The position numbers and the translations under genes were made by a program. Positions 1 through 7,853 of a DNA stretch of 64,000 nt are shown piece by piece (position 1 is the first letter of the stretch; each line of letters begins with the position of its first letter). This DNA is from Leptonemataceae bacterium (GTDB lineage Bacteria; Spirochaetota; Leptospiria; Leptospirales; Leptonemataceae): positions 2,624,001 through 2,688,000 of the forward strand of contig OZ245742.1 of NCBI GenBank assembly GCA_965227295.1. Direction: 5' to 3'. The notes under the pieces are model-generated. The model did not search any database, was not told the DNA's origin, and was given only the letters and a program-made list of their open reading frames with translations.

Positions 1-3000
1 TGCCCTCGACCGAAAGTTTTTCGCCGGGACTCACGGTGCCCACGCCGACGTTGCCGCTGCCGGGTTGAACGTAGACGATGGTTTGTTCGGTGCCGGGGAC
101 GTTCTGTTCGGTGCTCGCCGCAATGCCCGGTTCGTTCGCCGCGATGTTGCGCAGACGATCGGTACCGGGGGCCGAGAGACTAACGTACCCGTAGTATAAA
201 CTAAGATCCGCGACCTCCGCCGCGGAGAGCGACCGATTGTAGACGCGCACCTGGGACATGCGGCCCTCGAAGAGACTGAGCGTGTTCGTATTGTCGCCGG
301 CATCGTCGGCGCCGAGGACGTTGGCGTTGCTCGTCCCGCCGGCCGGCCCGAGGTCCACCGTACCCGCCGGCAACGCCGTGCCGTCCATGTAGATCGTGTA
401 GCTGGTGGGTACGTTCTTATCGCCGCCGTTGTAACTTACGGCGAAATGATGCCAGGTGTTGTTCAGGGAAGCCAGATCGAACGGCACGCCGCGCTGGGCC
501 GCGCCCCGGAACGAGGTGACGATCGTACCGGTGGAGCTATCGAAGGCGAGGAAGAACTCACTGTCCTGGCGGAACCGAAAGAAGAATATGTCGTCACCGC
601 CGGAGAGGTCCTTCGTCGGATGAATCCAGGCCGCCGCCGTAAACGGATCGTTGCCCGTGCCGATGATGTTGTCCGTGAGGCCGAGGTCGACGTGATTGTC
701 CGTACCATTGAAGACCAGGCTGCCCGAGATGCTGCTGCCGAAGGGATTGTCCGCGGACCAGGTAATCGAGCCGGCCACGCTGCCGTTGTGATTGTTGCCG
801 GAGAAGTCGCTGAGTACGCCGCCGCTGCCGGCCTCGAAACGCCACGCGCCGGCAAGACCGCCCACAACACGTACAAATGTCTGCTGAGCGGAACTTTGTG
901 ACGTGGCGTCGGGATTGCCGTAGTAGGCGTAGACGTTCGCCGTGGCCCCGGCGGGTACGTGCGGCACGCGCACCCAGAAACGCGTCTGACTTGTATTCGC
1001 GCCGCTTTCGAGCCAGTGCGGGATTTGCGTAATGCCGTCGCCGTCCGTGAAGATGAGATCCGCGGCGTCGTCCCGCAGTTTGCCCGCGGCGACGAGCGCG
1101 GCCGTGTCCAGAATTACGAGGACCTGGTAGTCCGTGAGGGCAGTGCCGTTCGCGCTGTTGTCGATCGTAAGGGGCAGACGATACGGACGCCCGCCGAGGC
1201 CGGCCACCGGCGCGTCGATTTGAAACGGCGCTTCGGTTTCGTCACCGGTGCGCACGCGTACACCGTCCTCGATGCGCAACACGCCGCTGGAGTGCTCCGA
1301 TTGCAACGTGCCGTGGATGGTGATCGTATCCTCGTCCTGGTCTCCGAGCAACACGTCACCGGGCATGTGGTCGGTGTCCCGGGCAATGACGTCGCCGCGG
1401 ACCGTGAGGTTGCCTTTGACTTCTAAGTCCTCGTCGATATTCAACGAACCGCTGATCGTATCGCCGGCCTTGTTGACCTTGATGTCCGCCAGGCGATCGA
1501 GGCCGTCCTGCACCGTGGCGACGCCGAGCATGAGGTCGTCGCCGTTCGGCGCCGTGAGTACCGGCGGCGTGTAATCAACGGCCCCGGCCGAACCCTTGTG
1601 GGCCTGGAAAAGCAACAGCGCGGGCAGAGGCAAACCGCTTTCCGCTAACAATCTGGCTTCGACTCTTTGGTCCTCGCGATAGTTCACATCCTCGGCGGAG
1701 TCGCCGGTGGTCCAGTGCGCCGATATTCCGCCGTCGCTGCCGGAGGCGACGACGATCTCCGTACCGCTGTTCGTCGCATCATGCACATCTTCCAGACTGC
1801 CGCCGCCGCTAATAACAGACAAACGAACACTAACGCCCGGTACAGGTTCGCCGCCGGCCGTTTCTACGCGGGCCTGCAACGCCTGCGTGAGTTGCGCACC
1901 CGGTAGAATTCCCTGGCCGTCGCCGCCGACGTAGACCAGGTGCGCGTCGGTGAGCGATGGAAAGATGCGCCGCGCGTCGGCCAGGACCTGGTAACCGCCG
2001 CCGCTGCGACGCACGAAGGCCAGGCGCGCGTAGTGATGCGCGTTCGTGCCCTCCATCGTTGCGGGCAGTGCGGTGCCTTCGTCGTGGGGCCACTCGATGC
2101 TGCGATGGACCACGCGCGCCGGAATCATCCAGTACTCGCCGTTACGATATTCGCGCGCCGCGTCGGTATCGAAGCGCACTTCAATGCCGTTCTCGATGCT
2201 GACCCAGGTTTCGTTCGGGCCGGCCGGCACCAGCGGGGCGCCGGTGGAGTTCAGCATATCCCAGCGCCGCACGCGACGCACGCCGTGGTTAAATTCGTTG
2301 ATGTCGAGGGCGCGACCGCCGGGCGCATTGGGACCGCCGGCGCCGTCGTAGTGCCGTAACGTATCCGGATCGATGACCAGGCTTTCGCCGTTGACGCTGA
2401 TCAATCGCGCGAGAGTGCCCGGTCGGCCGTTGAGTTCCAGGCCTTGGTCGTCGATCTCGATCCAGTCCCCCGCGTGAAAGCCGAGGGTGTTGTCGCGGCC
2501 GGCCGCACTGATCGTCAACGCATCTCCGTCCTGGGCCTGCCACTGCGCGACGACGCTGCCGTTGTCCCGCGACCACTTATACGTCGCCGTGCCGGCCGGG
2601 CCGCCGGTGTGAATTTCCACGCGATACAAACGATTCTCCGTGCCGGAGTAACCGCCGCGCGCGCCGATGGTGCAGACATCGTCGATGTCCGCGGATGTTG
2701 CCGCAGTGCGCGCCGTCAGCCGGCCGCGCAGTGGTTCGGTGAGGGCCGTCCATTCCGGCGGCTTGCTCGCGGCGTTGTAATCATCCGTGGGGATCGGCAG
2801 TAACTTTATCTGAGCGATTGTTTGTATACGAGCGGAGGTATCGACGCCGCCGAGGGCCGCGTCCCGGAGTTCCGGAACTTCCAGTGCCGTAAGCGCGCGC
2901 TCCCATACGTCCAGGTATGCCAGGTAGTCGCCGTCGCTCTCCGGCAGGCCGGCGCCGGGCAGGTGCGGTTGCGTGGTGAAGAGGACATCCTGCGCCAACC

Positions 3001-3274
3001 GCGCGAGCCGCCCGTCCACGTACATGCGTCCCGCGCCGATGTTCAGGTCCGGGCCGCCGCCGGGAGCGCTTACGACCGTGAGCCGGTAACCCGCCGCGTC
3101 GCGCGGTGCGCCCGTGGTGCCGACGGTGTCCCGGCCGAGGGTACGGCGCAGGTTTTGTTCGATGTACTGCGCCTCGTTGCGATCGGCGTCGGTAACGATA
3201 CGACCCTGCTGGGAGACGAGGCTGGAGTAGTTGTTATCGTCGTGGCGATAGTCGCGGGAGAGATCGAGCTTCAT
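1..3274 (-). CDS. Large DUF6519-like protein with tail-fibre-like, DUF2341-like and LamG-like modules (3' end outside window)
   Basis: Manually translated from ATG at 3274 with no stop to the edge (1091 codons). Reads MKLDLSR..YSSLVSQQGRIVTDADRNE, GAGRMYVDG, YLDVWER, GGYSGTENRLYRVEIH..TYKWSRDNGS, YWMIPAR; then KVNKAGDTISGSL, DYQVLVILDT..FWVRVP..YAYYGNPDA, WHHFAVSY..VRVYNRSLSAAEV, GNVGVGTVSPGEKLSVEG. Confidence 0.8.
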   Translation of the reverse strand, partial: MKLDLSRDYRHDDNNYSSLVSQQGRIVTDADRNEAQYIEQNLRRTLGRDTVGTTGAPRDAAGYRLTVVSAPGGGPDLNIGAGRMYVDGRLARLAQDVLFTTQPHLPGAGLPESDGDYLAYLDVWERALTALEVPELRDAALGGVDTSARIQTIAQIKLLPIPTDDYNAASKPPEWTALTEPLRGRLTARTAATSADIDDVCTIGARGGYSGTENRLYRVEIHTGGPAGTATYKWSRDNGSVVAQWQAQDGDALTISAAGRDNTLGFHAGDWIEIDDQGLELNGRPGTLARLISVNGESLVIDPDTLRHYDGAGGPNAPGGRALDINEFNHGVRRVRRWDMLNSTGAPLVPAGPNETWVSIENGIEVRFDTDAAREYRNGEYWMIPARVVHRSIEWPHDEGTALPATMEGTNAHHYARLAFVRRSGGGYQVLADARRIFPSLTDAHLVYVGGDGQGILPGAQLTQALQARVETAGGEPVPGVSVRLSVISGGGSLEDVHDATNSGTEIVVASGSDGGISAHWTTGDSAEDVNYREDQRVEARLLAESGLPLPALLLFQAHKGSAGAVDYTPPVLTAPNGDDLMLGVATVQDGLDRLADIKVNKAGDTISGSLNIDEDLEVKGNLTVRGDVIARDTDHMPGDVLLGDQDEDTITIHGTLQSEHSSGVLRIEDGVRVRTGDETEAPFQIDAPVAGLGGRPYRLPLTIDNSANGTALTDYQVLVILDTAALVAAGKLRDDAADLIFTDGDGITQIPHWLESGANTSQTRFWVRVPHVPAGATANVYAYYGNPDATSQSSAQQTFVRVVGGLAGAWRFEAGSGGVLSDFSGNNHNGSVAGSITWSADNPFGSSISGSLVFNGTDNHVDLGLTDNIIGTGNDPFTAAAWIHPTKDLSGGDDIFFFRFRQDSEFFLAFDSSTGTIVTSFRGAAQRGVPFDLASLNNTWHHFAVSYNGGDKNVPTSYTIYMDGTALPAGTVDLGPAGGTSNANVLGADDAGDNTNTLSLFEGRMSQVRVYNRSLSAAEVADLSLYYGYVSLSAPGTDRLRNIAANEPGIAASTEQNVPGTEQTIVYVQPGSGNVGVGTVSPGEKLSVEG

Positions 3275-3726
3275 GCCGATATTCCAGCGCTTTGGACGGG
3301 AACGGCAAGGGGAGTCTGATCGGTGTCAGGGGCAGCGCATCAAATATAGAGATGTTTCTGTATATGCTGAATCGCAGTTGCCGTGGTTTTGTGCGTGCTT
3401 ACGGACGGCACTCGTCCGAGAATTGATAGCGGAACATGCCTACACGAAGGCCGGCGTTGAGAACCTCCGGTTGATCGGACTGTAAGGTGATTTCGCCGCG
3501 CAGCGCGGGCGGGCAAAGGGACTCGCAACGCAAGTGTATGCGCAGGCGATCTTCGTAGTGGCTCAGTCGCCCGTCATTCCACGATAGTATGATGCCGCAC
3601 GAACGATACGAAAATCGTTTTCGTTTTGCGGAACTGGATTGTCTCGGACAGTGGGGCCGCAGAAGACCGTGGCCATACTGGCGGCGAATACGAGCGATGG
3701 TACAACCCCGCGCAGAGTCTTCCCTT

Positions 3727-4296
3727 TTATGCGGGGCCGAAGAGGTCCCTTTTGCGAACGACGAAGCCGGATAACAAACGACTTCTCAACGTGGCGCCCC
3801 GCGAAATTTTCCAGGCGGTGTCGTTGTTGTAGTGGACTTTCATGGAACGCCGGTCGGGATCAACGATCCAGTACTCGGCGACGCCGTTCTTTAAGTAGCG
3901 TTCGGACTTGTTGCCGAGGTCCCGGTCGCGCGTGCTTTTGGACAACACCTCGCAGACCAGGTCCGGCGCTCCGTAGATGCCTTTTTCCGTGACGATGTGT
4001 GCGCGCTCGTTCGCAACGTAACACACGTCCGGCCGCAGGACGTCGCCGCCGTCGGGCAGCTTGATGTCGGCTTCGGTATAGACCCGGCCGACGGGATGCA
4101 CGCGCAGGTACACGCCCAGCTCAATCGTAAAGCCGGCCTGCTTGTGGCTGTGCTCCGGTGTGCCGCTCGGTGGCAAATGAAGGACCCCGTCGATCATGTC
4201 GTACTTGAAGCCGTCGTCTTCGAGGCTGAAGTACGCGTCCGGGGAAATGCGCAGGCCGGCATAGAGCGGGCGTGGTTGGTCTAAGATCGCGACCAT
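3727..4296 (-). CDS. Uma2 (DUF820) family PD-(D/E)xK endonuclease, copy 1
   Basis: YDMIDGVL..P...EH, LRPD, GAPDLVCEVLS..RDL..K..Y...GVAEYWIVDP. Confidence 0.9.
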   Translation of the reverse strand: MVAILDQPRPLYAGLRISPDAYFSLEDDGFKYDMIDGVLHLPPSGTPEHSHKQAGFTIELGVYLRVHPVGRVYTEADIKLPDGGDVLRPDVCYVANERAHIVTEKGIYGAPDLVCEVLSKSTRDRDLGNKSERYLKNGVAEYWIVDPDRRSMKVHYNNDTAWKISRGATLRSRLLSGFVVRKRDLFGPA

Positions 4297-4366
4297 ATCA
4301 GGATCCTATCATGGCAAAAACGGTGGTCAAATCAATTTCGGCCGTTCTGCGATTCCCCGGGACACT

Positions 4367-4396
4367 ATTGTAGCATGGGGGTGTGACATTTTTCGG
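4367..4396 (-). promoter_or_regulatory. Conserved upstream motif CCGAAAAATGTCACACCCCC-N4-TACAAT (also 5083-5112; GACAAT variant at 32254-32283)
   Basis: Identical 20-mer located 81-100 bp upstream of three Uma2 start codons. Confidence 0.65.
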
Positions 4397-4442
4397 GGTC
4401 GTCCGCCGAAAAAGATTTTTACAGAAGTTTGAGAGGCAGGGC

Positions 4443-5012
4443 TCAGCGTTTGCGAAAAATCTTCGCGGTACTGACTACAAATCCCGGGAGGACACGGCTT
4501 TTCAGAGTACGGCCGCGAAGGATTTCCCAGTCCTTGCCGTTGTTGTGCCGGACTTCGATGGCGCGTTCGGCGGGATCGACGATCCAGTACTCGGTGACAC
4601 CGTTCTTTAGATAGCGTTCCGACTTGATCGTGAGATCTCGCTTGCGATTGGATGGAGACAGAACTTCGCACACCAGGTTCGGCGTACCGAAGATACCTTT
4701 CTTTTGAATGATGTGTGCGTTTTCCCGAAGGACGAGCGAGACGTCCGGTCGCAAGATGTCGCCGCCGTCCGGGAGCTTGATGTCGGTCTCCAGCATAGCT
4801 TCACCCACCGCGTGCGTTTCCAGGTACATACCCAGCACTGTGCTGAAAGCGAAGTGGCTCTTGCCGTGCTCCGGTGTTCCGCTCGGTGGCAAATGAAGGA
4901 CCCCGTCGATCATGTCGTACTTGAAGCCGTCGTCTTCGAGGCTGAAGTACGCGTCCGGGGAAATGCGCAGGCCGGCATAGAGCGGGCGTGGTTGGTCTAA
5001 GATCGCGACCAT
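4443..5012 (-). CDS. Uma2 family endonuclease, copy 2
   Basis: Same motifs; first 49 aa identical to copy 1, remainder diverged. Confidence 0.9.
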   Translation of the reverse strand: MVAILDQPRPLYAGLRISPDAYFSLEDDGFKYDMIDGVLHLPPSGTPEHGKSHFAFSTVLGMYLETHAVGEAMLETDIKLPDGGDILRPDVSLVLRENAHIIQKKGIFGTPNLVCEVLSPSNRKRDLTIKSERYLKNGVTEYWIVDPAERAIEVRHNNGKDWEILRGRTLKSRVLPGFVVSTAKIFRKR

Positions 5013-5197
5013 ATCAGGATTCTATCATGGCAAAAACGGTGGTCAAATCAATTTCGGCCGTTCTGCGATTCCCCGGGACACTATTGTAGCATGGGGGTGT
5101 GACATTTTTCGGGGTCGTCCTCGTAAAAAAAGAGAAAAGCCACAGGGAGGATGAGAGGAAGTGAGGGATGCATCTTTAAGAATTCCTTAAAGCTCAG

Positions 5198-5330
5198 TTT
5201 GGGCGTTGCGACCCGGCCGCGTCGGAAGCGGCCGGGGCGCCGGTCCCTTCCGGGCTCGCTATCGCTCGGCCTCGCGGCTTCGCCGCGAGTCTGCCGCTGC
5301 GCGGCACCCTCCAGGCACCTAACGCGAAGA
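5198..5330 (+). repeat. Structured intergenic repeat (Flavo-1-like), copy 1
   Basis: TTTGGGCGTT...CCTAACGCGAAGA with nested hairpins. Confidence 0.8.
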
Positions 5331-5347
5331 CGCTACCAGGCCCCGCG

Positions 5348-5613
5348 CTAACTCTGCTGTTCTACAGTCGCCGCGGGCTCCGTGTCGCGCATCGCCAACG
5401 TTTGGCGGTGCCAGCGAACGTATCGATTCGAGCGCACAATCCAGCGAAATATGAGCAACAGCACCGCCAGTTGAATGATCGATACAAAGAACACAGCATG
5501 GTTTCCCCGCCTGGCTCCAGCATAATCATCACGGCCGCCATGGGAACGCCGAGGATGGCCCGGGCCGTGGGATGCAGAAAGAAGACAAACAAGATGCAAT
5601 TCAGCAAATACAC
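5348..5613 (-). pseudogene. Probable frameshifted fragment of a membrane protein gene
   Basis: Hydrophobic segments in two overlapping frames (YLLNCILFVFFL..MLEPGG, then NHAVFFVSIIQLAVLLLIFRW), switching near 5500-5510. Confidence 0.45.
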
Positions 5614-5617
5614 CGAG

Positions 5618-7525
5618 CTACCGGTCCAATCCGCGAGAAATCTCCACCACCTCTTCCCGCGGTGATCTCGGAGCCTCGGTGGTTACATCTTCTTCACCGA
5701 ACACATAATCCCCACGCTCACCAAACACGCGCGCCCCGTCTCTTTCCAGGCACGCTGCGAATTCCTCGAAGTTCGCAAACGGCCGCGCGAGCAGTACCAT
5801 CGACGCGCGTTTTTTTCCGATGCCGGGAATCGCCGCCAGCGCGCGCTGGTTGATGGCGTTGATGCGCACCGGCCACGACAGGCCGACTAAGCTGCGCTCT
5901 TCGGCACCTAAGACCATCACCGTCAGCGGTTGCGTGCGGGTGCCGATGTCGTCGCTGCCGGCGGCGTAGCCGTGGTCGACGGCGGGCGTTGCGCCGAACA
6001 TGCGCACGTAGGCCGCGCTCGCCCGGGGATCGCCCTCGGGGATCTTTAATGTTACCGGGTACGAACCTAAGGGACGCCCGAGGATGTAGCCCTGGTTGCG
6101 CCCCTCGGGGATGACGAACTCGACCTTCACGCCCGGCGGGAAGTTCTTCAGCAGCATGGGCTGATCGATCTCCCGGCGGATGCGGTCGCGAAAGTACGTG
6201 AACTTTTTTTCGAGGACTTCCGGGCGCCGGCGTTTGCGCGGAACGGTGTCGCCGTCCCCGTCCTTGCGCATGTGGTCTAACTTCGTGTTTTTGTAATCTA
6301 CGACCTGGCGGATGTTGATGCGGCGTAACAACAGGCCGCGTTGCATGAGATCCATTAAGAATTCGTAGTTCTTCTCGAACGTGACGTCGGACTCGCCGGG
6401 CAGGCCGTGTATAAAATTCAAACCGGGCAACAGCTTCGGGATGCCGTCCTCGCGGCGCGCGCCGTACTCGTTGATGATCTCGATGGCTCGCCGCGCTTCC
6501 TCGGGGCTGCACTTGAGATCGTTGGCGGCGATGACGTTTTCGTCCACGGACTCGAGGCCCATGGCCGCCGTGTCGCCCGCCGTGTTGTGTTCGCAGATGA
6601 TGCGGCTGACCTCGCGGGCCTCTGCGGGAAACGTGGCGATGAGTCCCGGGTTGATGTTGTCGAGATGCAGCAGCGCCAGGTCCGGCGCGGCGTTGCGAAT
6701 GCCCTCGTAGAGTCGTGCCAGGCTTTCCGGGCGCGGGCGGGGGAACGAGTTCCGGAAGTCGTTCATGTCCGGCAGATACGTCATGAGATCGGCCTGGCGG
6801 CCCAGGCGATAAAAGCGATTGCCCATGCGGCGCAACTCGGCCACCTCCGCGAGGATGCCTGCGGTCAGCCGAAACGTGGGCCGGCCGTAAAAGGCCTCGG
6901 TGCAGAACGAACAAAAGACGTCCCGGGTGCAGCCGCGATACGTCTCGAGTTCGAGGATGAGATACGGAAAGTTCGGGGCCAGGGTTGTGAGAAAGGCGCC
7001 GGCCTGGGCCCAGCGATCCACCTGGGTGTAGTTCCGGCGGCCGCCCAGGTTCTCGCCGTGTTTCGCGAGCACCGCCTCGACGGCCGAGGCCATGTTGCCG
7101 GCGTGCTCGCCCAGCAGACCGGCGTAGAGTTCGACGTCGCCCCGGCAGAGCAGGCCGCCCAGGTCGCGGATTTGCTCCCGGTACTCCGGCGCGGCGTAGC
7201 GGATGGGCCCGCCGAGCAGCGTTACGCCGCCGGGCTGGTGTTTCCGGCGCCACTGCAGGAACTCCAGCACCTCGGCCATCGAACCGATCTTGCCACCAAG
7301 GTACTTGCCCGGCACCGTATGGCCGGCGACCAGGACCACCAGTTCGTGCTCGTCGGCCAGGGTTTTTCCGCGGGCGCGCCACTGGTCCACGGTGAGGTAA
7401 CGGATCTGTTCGGCCGGGATGCCGGCGTCCACCAGGGCCCCGGCGGAGTAGCGGCAGTAGGGCGAAAGATAGGGCGGCACGCCGAAGCAGGCCGGTTCGT
7501 CTACGTAAAAATCGAGGATCAGCAT
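5618..7525 (-). CDS. Radical SAM protein with C-terminal helix-hairpin-helix (COG1031-like)
   Basis: LDFYVDEPACFGVPPYLSPY N-terminus, ETYRGCTRDVFCSFC (CX5CX2C), LAAIPGIGKKRA HhH. Confidence 0.85.
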   Translation of the reverse strand: MLILDFYVDEPACFGVPPYLSPYCRYSAGALVDAGIPAEQIRYLTVDQWRARGKTLADEHELVVLVAGHTVPGKYLGGKIGSMAEVLEFLQWRRKHQPGGVTLLGGPIRYAAPEYREQIRDLGGLLCRGDVELYAGLLGEHAGNMASAVEAVLAKHGENLGGRRNYTQVDRWAQAGAFLTTLAPNFPYLILELETYRGCTRDVFCSFCTEAFYGRPTFRLTAGILAEVAELRRMGNRFYRLGRQADLMTYLPDMNDFRNSFPRPRPESLARLYEGIRNAAPDLALLHLDNINPGLIATFPAEAREVSRIICEHNTAGDTAAMGLESVDENVIAANDLKCSPEEARRAIEIINEYGARREDGIPKLLPGLNFIHGLPGESDVTFEKNYEFLMDLMQRGLLLRRINIRQVVDYKNTKLDHMRKDGDGDTVPRKRRRPEVLEKKFTYFRDRIRREIDQPMLLKNFPPGVKVEFVIPEGRNQGYILGRPLGSYPVTLKIPEGDPRASAAYVRMFGATPAVDHGYAAGSDDIGTRTQPLTVMVLGAEERSLVGLSWPVRINAINQRALAAIPGIGKKRASMVLLARPFANFEEFAACLERDGARVFGERGDYVFGEEDVTTEAPRSPREEVVEISRGLDR

Positions 7526-7667
7526 GATGAAATCGAGCACCCGGCGACGCGGGCGTGGACAAACTTCTTACTTGCCGTGGACCGGGGAGCAAGGAATAAA
7601 GTCGCAGCAATTCTGTAAATAATAGAGCAAATCGAAACGTTCGACCAGAGCTCCGGCGAAGCCCGGC

Positions 7668-7786
7668 TCTTCCGCGTTAGGGATTGGAAGGGTCGCGAAG
7701 CGAGTCTCGCGCAGCGAGACCGAAGCCGAAGGCGGAGCCCTGGAAAGCCCGACCCGGAGCGCGTAGCGCGGAGGGGAACGCCCAAA
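7668..7786 (-). repeat. Structured intergenic repeat, copy 2
   Basis: Reverse complement reads TTTGGGCGTT...TCCCTAACGCGGAAGA. Confidence 0.8.
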
Positions 7787-7853
7787 CACAAGAGCACGCA
7801 TCAACGCCGAGTAACTCGCCCTGATCCCGCAAGTCCCTTACATACTTTCCCGG

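Larger units (their letters stand above)
4150..5120. repeat. 255-bp direct repeat (4150-4404 / 4866-5120) covering the upstream region and first 49 codons of two Uma2 genes
   Basis: Aligned by eye: 2 mismatches in 255 bp, period 716 bp. Confidence 0.95.

Noticed and set aside
31..3319. Many short ORFs in the track on both strands
   Set aside because: They are shadows of the single long minus-strand frame 3274->1
4150..5120. Uma2 repeat as a DGR template/variable pair
   Set aside because: Only two mismatches, located in the 5' region, and no reverse transcriptase nearby
5198..5330. Structured repeats as integron attC sites (they contain ACCTAAC/GTTAGGT)
   Set aside because: Core-like motifs are in the wrong order (GTT...AAC), orientations are mixed, the fold is multi-branched, and no intI is present
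5718..7618. 630-aa and 403-aa ORFs overlapping the radical SAM gene
   Set aside because: Arg/Pro/Gly-rich alternative or antisense frames typical of high-GC DNA; the same applies to similar overlaps elsewhere
7668..7786. Structured repeats as tRNAs
   Set aside because: No T-loop or D-loop consensus, no 7-nt anticodon loop, and too long and variable
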